Source: Phyllobates terribilis
Taxonomy: Eukaryota
Reading direction: 5' to 3'
Length of the DNA stretch: 64,000 nucleotides
Assembly (NCBI RefSeq): GCF_046119375.1
Contig: NW_027362761.1
Coordinates: forward strand, 883,252,001 to 883,316,000
The translations under genes were made by a program, and so were the position numbers. The notes under the pieces are model-generated. The model was not told the origin of the DNA. It ran no database searches and was given only the letters and a program-made list of their open reading frames with translations. Below, piece after piece: positions 13,690 through 26,892 of this stretch; the stretch's first letter is position 1; the number at the start of each line of letters is the position of its first letter.

Positions 13690-15265
13690 CAGTACAGACC
13701 AAAAGTTTGGACACACCTTCTCATTTAAATATTTTTCTGTATTTTCATGATTATGAAAATTGTACATTCACACTGAAGGCATCAAAACTATGAATTAACA
13801 CATGTGGAATTATATACTTAACAAAAAAAGTGTGAAACAACTGAAAATATGTCTTATATTCTAGGTTCTTCAAAGTAGCCACCTTTTGCTTTGATGACTG
13901 CTTTGCACACTGTTGGCATTCTCTTGATGAGCTTCAAGAGGTAGTCACCGGAAATGGTCTTCCAACAATCTTGAAGGAGTTGCCAGAGATGCTTAGCACT
14001 TGTTGGCCCTTTTGCCTTCACCTCTGGTGACTGTGGAGGCCAGGTCATCTGGCGTATCACCCCATCACTCTTCTTCTTGGTCAAATAGCCCTTACACAGC
14101 CTGGAGGTGTGTTTGGGGTCATTGTCCTGTTGAAAAATAAATGATGGTCTAACTAAACGCAAACCAGATGGAATAGCAAGCCGCTGCAAGATGCTGTGGT
14201 AGCAATGCTGGTTCAGTATGCCTTCAATTTTGAATAAATCCCCAACAGTGTCACCAGCAAAGCACCCCCACACCATCACACCTCCTCCTCCATGTTTCAC
14301 GGTGGGAACCAGGCATGTAGAGTCCATCCGTTCACCTTTTCTGCGTCGCACAAAGACACGGTGGTTGGAACCAAAGATCTCAAATTTGGACTCATCAGAC
14401 CAAAGCACAAATTTCCACTGGTCTAATGTCCATTCCTTGGTTCTTTAGCCCAAACAAGTCTCTTCTGCTTGTTGCCGGTAGCAGTGGTTTCCTAGCGGCT
14501 ATTTTACCATAAAGGCCTGCTGCACAAAGTCTCCTCTCAAGAGTTGTTGTAGAGATGCTAGAACTCTGTGTGGCATTGACGTGGTCTCTAATCTGAGCTG
14601 CTGTTAACCCTTCGATTTCTGAGGCTGGTGACTCGGATAAACTTATCCTCAGAAGCAGAGGTGACTCTTGGTCTTCCTTTCCTGGGGCAGTCCTCATGTG
14701 AGCCAGTTTCTTTGTAGCGCTTGATGGTTTTTACAACTGCACTTGGGGTCACTTTCAAAGTTTTCCCAATTTTTCGGACTGACTGACCTTCATTTCTTAA
14801 AGTAATGATGGCCTCTCGTTTTTCTTAACTTAGCTGCTTTTTTCTTGCCATAATACAAATTCGAACAGTCTATTCAGTAGGACTATCATCTGTGTTTCCA
14901 CCAGACTTCTGCACAACACAACTGATGGTCCCAACCCCATTTATAAGGCAAGAAATCCCACTTATTAAACCTGACAGGGCACACCTCTGAAGTGAAAACC
15001 ATTTCCGGTGACTACCTCTTGAAGCTCATCAAGAGAATGCCAAGAGTGTGCAAAGCAGTCATCAAAGCAAAAGGTGGCTACTTTGAAGATCCTAGAATAT
15101 AAGACATATTTTCAGTTGTTTAACACTTTTTTGTTAAGTATATAATTCCTCATGTGTTAATTCATAGTTTTGATGCCTTCAGTGTGAATGTACAATTTTC
15201 ATAGTCATGAAAATACAGAAAAATCTTTAAATGAGAAGGTGTGTCCAAACTTTTGGTCTGTACTG
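13690..15265 (-). mobile_element. Tc1-like transposon, degenerate copy 1 of the CAGTACAGACC family
   Basis: ~210-bp TIRs starting cagtacagaccaaaagtttggacacacc, TA TSD; broken transposase (WSDESKF, QQDNDPKH; deletion removes the SPDLNPIE motif). Confidence 0.93.
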
Positions 15266-15780
15266 TACATTGGTTAAATCTTTTTAATACAGCCAATGAA
15301 TGCTGCAGACCGACACACACTAGTTGTAAATTCAACATTTTAGGATATAAAAACCAGAGCAAGCTTTACTGTTTTAATGATATTCGGTCAGCCCTTGTTT
15401 GGTTGGATATCATGAAAGCATTTAACGGTACCACTTTAACGCCATCAGATAAGTGCCAGGGGGTGAAAGATTCCCTTTAAGTTGTGTATTATGTTTATTT
15501 ACTAAAATTCTGATTATACTTTTGTATATTTACAATACCCTGCAATTAACAGTGGTAATCTAATAATAATAATAATAAGCCTAAAAATAATAATATCAAT
15601 GTTTTGGAGTAAGACACATTATCAAAGTAGGTATCTCACTCTAAAACATTGGTATTATCATTTTTGTCTGGTATATTTTGGAACCAAGAATGGGAACGAG
15701 AAAAGTTTCAGCCACATTGATTAATCTAAAGTCTCAGTCAAGCTCACCATGATATACAATAAAAGGTTATTTATTAACTA

Positions 15781-17405
15781 CAGTGGTTTGCAAAAGTATT
15801 AAACCCTCTTAGCTTTTTACCTATTTTATTACATTACAACCTGGGTTTAAATATTTTTGTAATCTGATTTGTGTGTGCTGTATCAGCACTAAATAGTCTA
15901 AGTTGGTGAAGTGTAGTAAAAAAATATATGCATAAATTAAATTTATGGGATCAAATAACTAAAAATTGTCATGTACATATGTATTCATCCCTTTTGCTGT
16001 GAAGCCCCTAAAAATTTATGGTGCAAGCAATTACCTTCATAAGTCAAATGCTTAGTGAAAGGCAGCCCACCTGTGTGCAATATAATCTGTCAGTAAATAC
16101 ACACCTTTTCTGAAAGGCCTCAAAGGCTGCCACACCATTAAGCAAGGAGCACCACTAACCAAACAACACCATGAACACCAAGCAGATCTCCAAACAAGTC
16201 AGGGACCAAGTTGTTGAGGAGCACAAGTCAGTTTTTGGTTGCAAAAAATATCCCAATCTCTGATGATCCCCCTGAGCACCATCAAATCCATTATTATTAA
16301 ATGGAAAGAACATGGCACCACAACAAACCTGTCAAGATAAGGCCACCCACCAAAACTCTCTGCCAGGGCAAGGAGGTCATAAATCAGAGAGGCAGCACAG
16401 AGACCAAAGGTAACACTGAAGGACCTACAGAGTTCCCAAGCAGAGCCTGGAGTATCTGTCCATACAATCACAATAAGCAGTACACGCCATAGAGGTGGCC
16501 TTTTTGGAATCGTGGGCAGAAAAAACCCTTTACTTACACATAAAAAGTGTAAGGCTAGGTTTGAATTTACCAAAAGACATGTGGGAGACTGCTCAAATGG
16601 AAGAAGGTGCTTTGGTCAGATGAGACCAAAATTTTACTTTTTGGTCACCAAGGTAAATGCTATGTCTGGCGCCAAACCAACACAGCTCATCAACACAAAA
16701 CCACCATCCCCACAGGAAAACATGGTTGTGGCAGCATCATGCAGTGGGGATTTTTTTTGGCAGAAAGTAGAGGGAAAATGGTCCGAGTCGGGGGGAAGAT
16801 AGATGTTGTGAAATATAGGGATATTATTGAGCAAAACCTGTTTCAGTCTGTCAGTAATTTGAGACTGAGATGGAGGTTCACCTTCCAATAAGACAATGAT
16901 CCAGAGCATACTGTTAAAGCAACACTCGAGTGGTTTAAGGGGAAACCTGTAAATGTTTTGGAGTGGCCTACTCAAAGCCCAGACCTTAATTCAGTTGAGA
17001 ATCTGTGGTCAGACTTGAAGACTTCTGTTCACCAGAGGAAGCCATCTAACTTGAAGGAGCTGGTGCAATTTTGCCTTGAGAAATGGGCAAAAATCTTAGT
17101 TGCAAAATGTGAAAAGCTCATAGAGACTTATCCACAGAGACTTGCAGCTGTAATTGCCACAAAAGGAGGCTCTACAAAGTACTGACTTTAGGGTGGTGAA
17201 TAGTTATGCACACTGAAGTTTTCAGTTATTTTGTCCTATTTGTTGTCTGCTTCATAATAAAAAGGAAACCAAATGTTGACAGTTGTAGGCATGTTCTTTA
17301 CATAAACTGATGCAAACCCTCAAAAAAACAGTGAAATTCTAGTTTGTGAGGTAACAAAACACAGAAAAATTCCAAGGGGGAGGAGAAATATTTTTCCAAG
17401 TCACT
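15781..17405 (+). mobile_element. Degenerate Tc1-like transposon (DD34E type), multiple frameshifts
   Basis: TA|cagtggtttgcaaaagtatt start; ORF pieces WSDETKI..., WPTQSPDLNSVENLW...GGSTKY; degenerate right TIR ending ccaagtcacta. Confidence 0.88.
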
Positions 17406-17457
17406 ATACCTCAGTGTGAGAATCAATGCTGAATTACATTATAAGGTTATAAGTTTA

Positions 17458-18734
17458 CCATATTTTTCGCACTATAAGACACACTTTATTCCTACAAAAT
17501 TTTAGAGGAAATTGGGGGGTGTGTTTTACAGTCCGAACGTATACTTATGGCTATAGACGGGCTGGGAGCACCAGCGGTGGAGGAGCAGGACACAGGAGGC
17601 AGGAGCCATCAGTTCCAGCTCTTGCGTGTGCCCGCTGTTAAAAGAAAATGAATTTTCTCTGCTTTCCATGCCCATTGGCGTGGGAGTACTGAATATTCAT
17701 TCTCCTTAATAGCACGCAGTGTCAGCCCAGCCCGGCTTCCTGCAGTGGCTCGGCGGTCACGTGTGTGAATATTCACTACTCCCCATTCTCCTGGGCATGT
17801 GGAGTAGTGAATATTTATTTTTTTTTATTCATGCAGGGGCCGCAGCTGGAATGGCAATGTGCGCACTATAAAGGAGAGTGAATAGTCACTGCTCCCCACG
17901 TCCATAGTCACGGCGTGGGGAGCAGTGACTATTCTCGGCAGCTGATCTCGGTATTTGAGGGTGCATGGCAGTGACATCATGCGTGGCTCACACGCTGAGA
18001 TCAGCTGCTGGCAGAAGAACAAGACACAGCACTGGAGCAGAGGGAAGGAAGGTGAGTAGAGTCCTATTTTTTTGTGTGAACGGTTATGGGGATGGGGATG
18101 CCATGCATACCAGAATGGGGGTGCCATGCTTACCAAGATGGGGGTGCCATGCATACCAGGATGGGGGTGCCATGCATACCAGGTTGGGGGTGTCATGCAT
18201 AGCAGGCTGGGGGTGCAATGCATACCATGCTGGGCATGTCATGCATACCAGGCTGGGGGTGCTATGCATACCAGGATGGGGATGGGGTTGCCATTCATAG
18301 CAGGATGAGGGGGCCATGCATACCAGGATGGGGATGGGGGTGTCATACATACCAGGATGGGGGTGCCATGCATAACAGGATGGGGGTGCCATGAATGCCA
18401 GGATGGGGATGGGGGTGTCATACATACCAGGATGAGGGTGCAATGCATACCAGGATGGTGGTCAATGTATACCAGGATGGAAATGGGGGCCACGTATGGC
18501 AGGAAGTGAGGCCATATATACCAGGATGGGGGCATATATATATATACCAGTATGGGGGATATAGATACAGAATTGGGGGACATTACCCCTATAACAGTGT
18601 CAGCAGCAGACCTCTTCCCCCATAACAGTGGATCATGACCACAATTTTTGCTTTCATTTTTTTTTTCTATTTTCCTCCTCTAAAATCTAGGTCCATCTTA
18701 TGGTCCGGTGCGTTTTATAGTCCGAAAAATACAA
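17458..18734. mobile_element. Tc2/pogo-like non-autonomous element with internal minisatellite
   Basis: TA|ccatatttttcgcactataagac ... ttatagtccgaaaaatacaa|TA; (catgcataccaggatggggg)n at ~18085-18570; subterminal block shared with 9200-9353. Confidence 0.8.
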
Positions 18735-18750
18735 TATACATGGTAAAATA

Positions 18751-21681
18751 CAACCCAAATTCACAAAAAATTGGGATGCTCTGTAAAATATAAAACAAAA
18801 CAAAAATGCAATGATTTAGAAATCTCTTATAGCCATATTTGATTCACAACAAAATATAGACAAGAACACAGAAGGTAAAAGTTTGAATCTTTTTAAATTA
18901 AATGGAAAAATTCAACTAATTGTGAAATTGAAGGCAGCAACACAAATAAAATAAAAAGTAAATAAAAAGTTAGGACAGAGTAAACAAGATGTTGGAATAG
19001 TAAGTGGTTTTAATGTAACACAGTTTAAGGGTAATTTTTCAACTAAGTAACATTTCTGTGTATTAAAAGAGCATATTAGAGAGGCAGAGTCTCGCAGAAG
19101 CGAGGATGGTCAGAGGTTCACCAATCTGTGAACAACTGCATCTAAAAATTGTAGAACAATTGTAGAAAAATATCCCCATCATCTACAGTACATAATATCA
19201 TCAAAAGATTCATACAGTACAGACCAAAAGTTTGGACACACCTTCTCATTTAAAGATTTTTCTGTATTTTCATGACCATGAAAATTGTACATTCACAATG
19301 AAGGCATCAAAACTATGAATTAACACATGTGGAATTATATACTTAACAAAAAAGTGTGAAACAACTGAAAATATGTCTTATATTCTAGGTACTTCAAAGT
19401 AGCCACCTTTTGCTTTGCTTTGATGACTGCTTTGCACACTCTTGGCATTCTCTTGATGAGCTTCAAGAGGTAGTCACCGGAAATGGTTTTAACTTCACAG
19501 GTGTGCCCTGTCAGGTTTAGTAAGTGGGATTTCTTGCCTTATAAATGGGGTTGGGACAATCAGTTGTGTTGTGCAGAAGTCAATTGGATACACAGCTGAT
19601 AGTCCTACTGAATAGACTGTTAGAATTTGTATTATGGCAAGAAAAAAGCAGCTAAGTAAAGAAAAACGAGTGGCCATCATTACTTTAAGAAATGAAGGTC
19701 AGTCAGTCCGAAAAATTGGGAAAACTTTGAAAGTGTCCCCAAGTGCAGTTACAAAAACCATCAAGCGCTACAAAGAAACTGGCTCACATGAGGACCGCCC
19801 CAGGAAAGGGAGACCAAGAGTCACCTCTGCTTCTGAGGATAAGTTTATCCGAGTCACCAGCCTCAGAAATCGAAGGGTTAACAGCAGCTCTGATTAGAGA
19901 CCAGGTCAATGCCACACAGAGTTCTAGCAGCAGACACATCTCTTCGACAACTGTTAAGAGGAGACTTTGTGCAGCAGGCCTTCATGGTAAAATAGATGCT
20001 AGGAAACCACTGCTAAGGACAGGCAACAAGCAGAAGAGACTTGTTTGGGCTAAAGAACACAAGGAATGGACATTAGACCAGTGGAAATCTGTTCTTTGGT
20101 CTGATGGGTCCAAATTTGAGATCTTTGGTTCCAATCACCGTGTCTTTGTGTGACGCAGAAAAGGTGAACGGATGGATTCTACATGCCTGGTTCCCACCGT
20201 GAAGCATGGAGGAGGAGGTGTGATGGTGTGGGAGTGCTTTGCTGGTGACACTGTTTGGGATTTTTTCAAAATTGAAGGCATACTGAACCAGCATGGCTAC
20301 CACAGCATCTTGCAGCGGCATGCTATTCCATCCGGTTTGCGTTTAGTTGGACCATCATTTATTTTTCCACAGGACAATGACCCCAAACACACCTTCAGGC
20401 TGTGTAAGGGCTATTTGACCAAACAGGAGAGTGATGGGGTGCTACGCCAGATGACCTGGCCTCCACAGTCACCAGACCTGAACCCAATCGAGATGGTTTG
20501 GGGTGAGCTGGACCGCAGAGTGAAGGCAAAAGGGCCAACAAGTGCTAAGCATCTCTGGGAACTCCTTCAAGATTGTTGGAAGACCATTTCCGGTGACTAC
20601 CTCTTGAAGCTCATCAGGAGAATGCCAAGAGTGTGCAAAGCTGTCATCAAAGCAAAAGGTGGCTACTTTGAAGAACCTAGAATATAAGATATATTTTCAG
20701 TTGTTTCACACTCTTTTGTTAAGTATATAATTCCGCATGTGTTAATTCATAGTTTTGATGCCTTCAGTGTGAATGTACAATTTTCATAGTCAAGAAAATA
20801 CAGAAAAATCTTTAAATGAGAAGATGTGTCCAAACTTTTGGTCTGTACTGTATATCTGCACAATCCTCATTTAAAATAGAATGAGGCTCAATGGAAAACT
20901 GTTCTGTGGTCAGATTAATCAATATGTAAAATTCTTTATGGAATCCATGGACTCCATGCCCTTCAGACTCAAAAGCAGAGGGACCATCCAGCTTGTTATC
21001 AGCACACAGTTCAAAAGTCTACATCTGTGATGGTTTGACGTTGCAATATTGCCTGTCGCATGAGCAGCTTTCACATTTTGTTAGGCACTATCAATTTTGA
21101 GCATTATATGCAACATATTCTCCCATTAAGACAAAGTCTATTTCAGGGAAGGCATTGCAAATTTCAGAAAGACACTGCTAAACTACATTCTGCATCCATT
21201 ATATTATCATGGCTTCGTACAAGAAGTGTTTGGCTGGTGAACTGTCCTGGCTGAAGTCCAGACCTTTCACCAATAGAAAATATTTTTCACATTATGAAAT
21301 AAAAAGTGAAGCACAGAAGTCCCAGGACTGTTGAAAAGCTAGAATCCTGCATCAGACAAGAATGGGGCAAAATTCATCTCCCAGAACTCAAGCACTAGTC
21401 TCTTCATTTATTAGACATTTAAAGGCTGTTGTAAAAAGAAGAGGGAATGCTACACAATTGTGCACATGGCCTGGTCCAATTTTTTTGAGATGTGTTGCTG
21501 CCATCAATTTCTAAATGAGTTACAGTCTCAGATGAAATGGAGATATGTCTGACTTTCAACTTCTGATCTTTATTCTTCGTTCTGTTGTGAATAAAATATG
21601 TCAATTAGAGATTTCCAAATCATTCAATTCTTGTTTTCTTTACATTTTGCTACGCATCCGACTGTTTTGGGATTGGGGTTA
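18751..21681 (+). mobile_element. Old degenerate Tc1-like element split by the 19215-20850 insertion
   Basis: Left end caacccaaattcacaaaaaattgggatgc, right end gcatccgactgttttgggattggggtta; decayed transposase text on both sides of the insert (aatggaaaactgttctgtggtcagat = WKTVLWSD). Confidence 0.7.
19215..20850 (+). mobile_element. Tc1-like transposon, copy 2 of the CAGTACAGACC family (frameshifted transposase 19634-20687)
   Basis: Full TIRs, TA TSD; MARKKQLSKEKR..., WSDGSKF, QDNDPKH, SPDLNPIE (DD34E). Confidence 0.95.
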
Positions 21682-21935
21682 TAGGTTTATATGTCGGGGA
21701 GGAAAGTACCCTACAACTTGTAAAATTCAGTGTGGTTCCATCTTTGTATGTTCAGAATGAAAAAGAACATATGCTAGTGATTAATGATTAAAGAAAGACA
21801 CCTAAAACATAAAATCCATTTGAGTTGAATCTATGTATGTGTGAGAGTACAGCTGGAATGGAAGAAATTAGTAGCAGATCATTAGACCATAAAAACCAAA
21901 CTGTTATCTTTTTTGTGTATAAGAAACATTCTCAC

Positions 21936-22110
21936 CTGGTACCATGAATATGCGCGATCTGAAGGGTCAATGAGAATTGTGATAATTTTTGCTTTGGGGA
22001 TTAAAGCAGCAGCTCGTTTTGGAGCTTCTTCAGAATGAAAATAGTTGGCACTTTTCTCAAACAGGAAATCAGTGGTTACATTTGATGGCACTGGGAAGAA
22101 ATCCATGTAC
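21936..22110 (-). CDS. NDST3: Internal exon (175 bp) of heparan sulfate N-deacetylase/N-sulfotransferase; NDST3 favoured
   Basis: G+[58 protein letters not shown], including the 3'-PAPS-binding RAYS motif; acceptor ctttctcttctcag, donor CAG|gtgaga; [12 protein letters not shown] matches my recollection of NDST3. Confidence 0.92.
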
Positions 22111-23039
22111 CTGAGAAGAGAAAGTAAAAAGCTGTATCCCTAACATTGTCAGATAAACATACTTTTGATAGATTTTATGTGACATTTATTTTAAAAATCT
22201 AATATCCTGCCATAAAAAAACGAAAAACAGTTGAAGCTAGCTACAATCCCTGATGCAATTTTTAAACTCCCATAACTGACATCTTATTGATACTAAGTAG
22301 AATGCCCTTTTTCCCCTATGCTGCTGACCTACAGACTCTGTCAACATAGATTACAAAGGCTAGCATTTCATTATTTGATCAGCAATGATACGGCATTGTA
22401 AAGATTTCTACAGAATACAAGATGTTGTATAAATAGAATAGTTTTAAAGATGAGCAAATCTTTTGAAATGCAAATTCGCCAGGTTTGCCAAATTTTTCCC
22501 CAAATTTGAATCACAAATATTGGAAAGTCTCCAATTGCAACTTTCTTGCTCTATAATGCAAAGTCAACCTTGTGCCAAAGTGACCTTGCCACATAAGCAG
22601 ATGGTAGCTGGTAGTAGCTAACAGTCCATTTAATGACACATCGAACTGACAGACTTTTGATGCTTTTTAAAATTTATAAAATGTCCAAGAATGATGCCTT
22701 TTAGTATATTGTGATCAGGTAGACCATTCTGTCTCTGCCTGAAAGTATAGGAGAATAACTGAAATTTCTTGAGCATGGGTCTACTAAAATTTCACCTGTC
22801 TAGGCCTGTGGTCTATGCTAAACCTGGTTTGACCATGCATATGATGCACGCAAGGGCCAGGACTTGATGACAACCTTACATTTTTATGTCACCAACTGTC
22901 CTATTCCTATCAACTTTGTTTCTTTCTATGTCTTTAGCAGTGTCCAGACCACAGGAAACGTAAACCCAGGGGTTGATTACAATCTCCAACCACGTGAGTT
23001 TGTGACTTAAAATAACACTACAATAGTCTTTTATGTTCC

Positions 23040-23800
23040 CAGTCCTGGGCAGAGTTTAATCCTGAGCAGAGATCTACCAGGAAAATTCACATCAGTCAAG
23101 GCAATAAAATTCCTCATTTTAGCAAAAAAATATGGTGATGGTAATCACATGAGTCCTGAATTTATGTTGGAAAATTTTTTCACCTTCTCTGCCCAGCATT
23201 GTATAGGGGTCCAGTTCTGTGCAGGGTTCTACTGGGAAAATTTACACTAGTGAAAACACAGAAAATCCTTTGGTAAAAAAAATTACTCTCATGGAGACTC
23301 TCAAATTTTTTGTTTAAAAAATCTTCTCGTCCTTTGTCTGCTCCTGTGTATGGGCCAAATCCTTTGTAGAGTTTTACTGGTGAAATTAACACCAGTGGAA
23401 ACGTATTATATTTACTAAATATTATGATGATGTAAAGAAAGTTGCAGTCATTTGAGCCCATGAAGTTTTGTTTGAAATTTTTTTTGCCTCTGTACAGGTG
23501 ACCAATCCTGTGCAGTTTTCTGCTGGAAGAATTCACACAAGCTGATCTCAAAACCTTCTCATATTAACTTAAAAGGATGATTATGGTAAACAAAATTGCA
23601 CTCTTGGAGCCCATGAATGCTTGTTTAAAAAACAAAATCACCTTTTCGTCCCAACCCCGCGCAGGATTCTAATGGGAAAATTCACAGCACTTAGTCCCCA
23701 ATAATGTCTCATATTCACTACAACTGATGACGACGTTAAAGAAAATTGTGGTCATGAAAGCCAATGAATGTTTGAAATTTTTTTTTGCATTTTGAGAACG
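23040..23800. repeat. Highly degenerate tandem repeat remnant
   Basis: Recurring gggaaaattcacac, gagcccatgaa..tttgaaattttttttgc motifs. Confidence 0.35.
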
Positions 23801-25237
23801 ATGCACTTGAGGATGTGCGCCATGCAGCAAGCATGTGTTACTTTGCTTAAACGCATGGCAGCCATGATGTTTCTGCCATTGCTGGTCACTAAGTTGTCCA
23901 GTTGTAGTTAATCAGGAGCGATCCAATGTGACATTTGATACAACAATCTGTCCTGTTGCTTTTGGGGATTAGAAGGTGCCCACTGAGGATAAGGCGGAGG
24001 AAGTGTATAAATATTGGCCAGTGTGGAGATATCACCAGTAAACCAGATCCGCTTGTGGAAGTGCATTGCCATAAATTATAACACTGACTCAAAGGGTCCT
24101 GAAAGAGATGAAAAGCTCATGCTGCTATTGATGGAAGAGTGCACCTTGCAAAACAACGTCAATTCCAAGGAATTGCCCATAGTCTCTGTCATGTTATAGA
24201 ACAAAGCAGGGATGACTTTCTTAAAAAAATAAATGGCGGCTATGTATTTTCCACCAAAGCAGAACACACACCATAATTTCGCAAAAGGCAGTACAATCCA
24301 CACGGTACAGCAGCAATTGTGGTAAACTTGGACATGCATGAGTTAATTTTCCACACAAACGGATATCTGAACATATCTGAACAATAGCTTTTAAGACTAC
24401 CAAGTTGACCGCTAAAGCAACAGTTCTGCCATAGAAGATTTTTTTTTGCTGGAAATTTGCTCCATTTTCTATCGCCAGTGACACCACCCTTGTCCTCTAA
24501 TGACATAACCTCCTTGCCACACAATTTGGTTCACAAATCCTATCCACCACACAATTTTCATGATTATCATCCCTGACTTAACTGAGAGTTGTATCAGCAT
24601 GGCAAATTTCTTTAGCTAATTGCCCATCACCCCTCAACCAATACAACTATGCAGGTAAATCTTTTCCTCCATCTCCTCCACCTCCATCTCGTTCAAGTGC
24701 AAAGCTAGTCATTCATCTCATCCAATAAATCAACTGGAAAGCCTTGTTGTTGTAAAATATCTTCCTTTGCCCAAATAGTGCTGTGGCTTAGCAAAATAAG
24801 AGAAAAAAAACTATAGAGATGTCATTGATGGAACTGAAAGTCTGCAATGTAAAAGATTTACTGTTGCGTTGGCGGAGTAGGAAGACTGTGTAAAGCATTG
24901 TCTCAAGCTAATGTTGTAAGTGAAAGAGATAACTTCATCCTACTGTGATTGAGACAAGCGATGTGCCATATATTTCACAAAGTTCTGCACAAGAATAAAG
25001 GAGGCTAATTGTGACCTATGTTTGGTTGAGCTACTTGCTGGATTGCTTTTGCCAGTGATGGAGCTGCTGCTGCTTGTGGCTCTCACATTTATATTGCCAG
25101 ATGCCATGGTATATATTTTTTTCTTTTTACATTACCCATTCCATTGTCACTTTTTAGTTTACCATACTTTTTTCACTACACTGTAATAAACTTTTGTTAC
25201 TGTTTTCAACCACAATTCTTTTTTTTATCTTTTGATA

Positions 25238-26892
25238 CAGGGTGGGCCATTTATATGGATACACCTAAATAAAATGGGAATGGTTGGTGATATCAACTTC
25301 CTGTTTATGGCACATTAGTATATGGGAGGGGGAAAACTTTTCCAGATGGGTGGTGACCATGGCGGCCATTTTGAAGTTGGCCATTTTGGATCCAACTTTA
25401 TTTTTTTCAATGGGAAGAGGGTCATGTGACGCATCAAACTTATTAGGAATTTCATAAGAAAAACAATGGTGTTCTTGGTTTTAACGTAACTTTATTCTTT
25501 CATGAGTTATTTACAAGTTTCTCTTTGTTTACAGCCATTGACATGTCGCAGAGGTTCACACGTGAGGAGCGGATAGAAATTGTGTTGATGTTTGGTGAAC
25601 TCAGCACCCGGGTCATTGCAGCAGATTTCAATGCAAGACACACTACGAGACCACCCATCTCCCATGTTACAGTTAGCAAACTACTTTCCAAATTTCGTGA
25701 AACAGGTTCAGTGTTGGATTTGCCAAAATGTGGACGCAAGAAAACTGTCACTAATGAAGAAACATCAGTGGCTGTCCTAGCTTCATACAGCAAGAGCCCA
25801 CAGTGTAGCACTCGCCGCATGTCACTGGAGAGTGGCATCAGTCGAACATCCCTTCGGTGGATTTTAGCTACTCAAAAATGGCACCCTTACAAAATCCAGC
25901 TGCTGCAGCATCTCAACAAGGATGACCCAGATCGGCGCACTGAATTTGCAGAATGGGCAAAACAAAAATTGGAACAGGAACCTCAGTTTACACAGAACAT
26001 TATGTTCAGTGATGAGGCAAATTTTTTTGTGAATGGTGAAGTTAACAAACAAAGCCATTGCTATTGGTCTGACACTAACCCACAGTGGATAGATCCCTCC
26101 AAGACTGTTGGAACACAAAAATTGATGGTATGGTGTGGTATATGGGGTACAAAGATAGTGGGGCCATTCTTCATCAATGGAAGCCTCAATGCCACTGGAT
26201 ATCTGAAATTGCTACATGATGATCTGTTGCCCTCTTTGTGCACTGAAGATGGCACGTTCCCTGAGTTTTTCCAACAAGATGGTGCACCACCACATTATGG
26301 GTGTCAGGTCCGAGCATTCCTACATGAACAGTTTCCTGGAAAGTGGATTGGTCATCGTGGGCCAGTTGAATGGCCACCAAGGTCTCCCGATCTGACCCCC
26401 TTAGACTTTTATCTTTGGGGTCATCTGAAGGCAGTTTTCTATGCTGTGAAGATATGATATGTGCAGCATCTGAAACACCGGATACTGGAAGCCTGTGCTA
26501 GCATTTCTTCTGCGATGTTGCTATCAGTGTGTCAAGAGTGGGAGAAGAGGGTTGCATTAACAATCCAACACAATGGGCAGCACTTTGAACACATTTTATA
26601 AGTGGTCATAAACGTGTAAAAAACTCATGAAAGAATAAAGTTATGTTAAAACAAAGCACACCATTGTTTTTCTTATGAAATTCTCAATAAGTTTGATGTG
26701 TCACATGACCCTCTTCCCATTGAAAAAAATAAAGATGGATCCAAAATGGCCAACTTCAAAATGGCCGCCATGGTCACCACCCATCTGGAAAAGTTTTCCC
26801 CCTCCCATATACTAATGTGCCACAAACAGGAAGTTGATATCACCAACCATTCCCATTTTATTTAGGTGTATCCATATAAATGGCCCACCCTG
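25238..26892 (+). mobile_element. DD41D (rosa/Visitor) Tc1/mariner transposon, near intact
   Basis: Long (~280-290 bp) TIRs starting cagggtgggccatttatatggatacacc, TA TSD; FSDEANF, QQDGAPPH then 41 residues to the D of SPDLTPLD; one premature TGA at 26455-26457, frame continues to TAA at ~26600. Confidence 0.93.

Noticed and set aside
23800-24900. Possible ancient transposon coding remnant (also ~27100-27900)
   Set aside because: No motif or termini could be identified with confidence.
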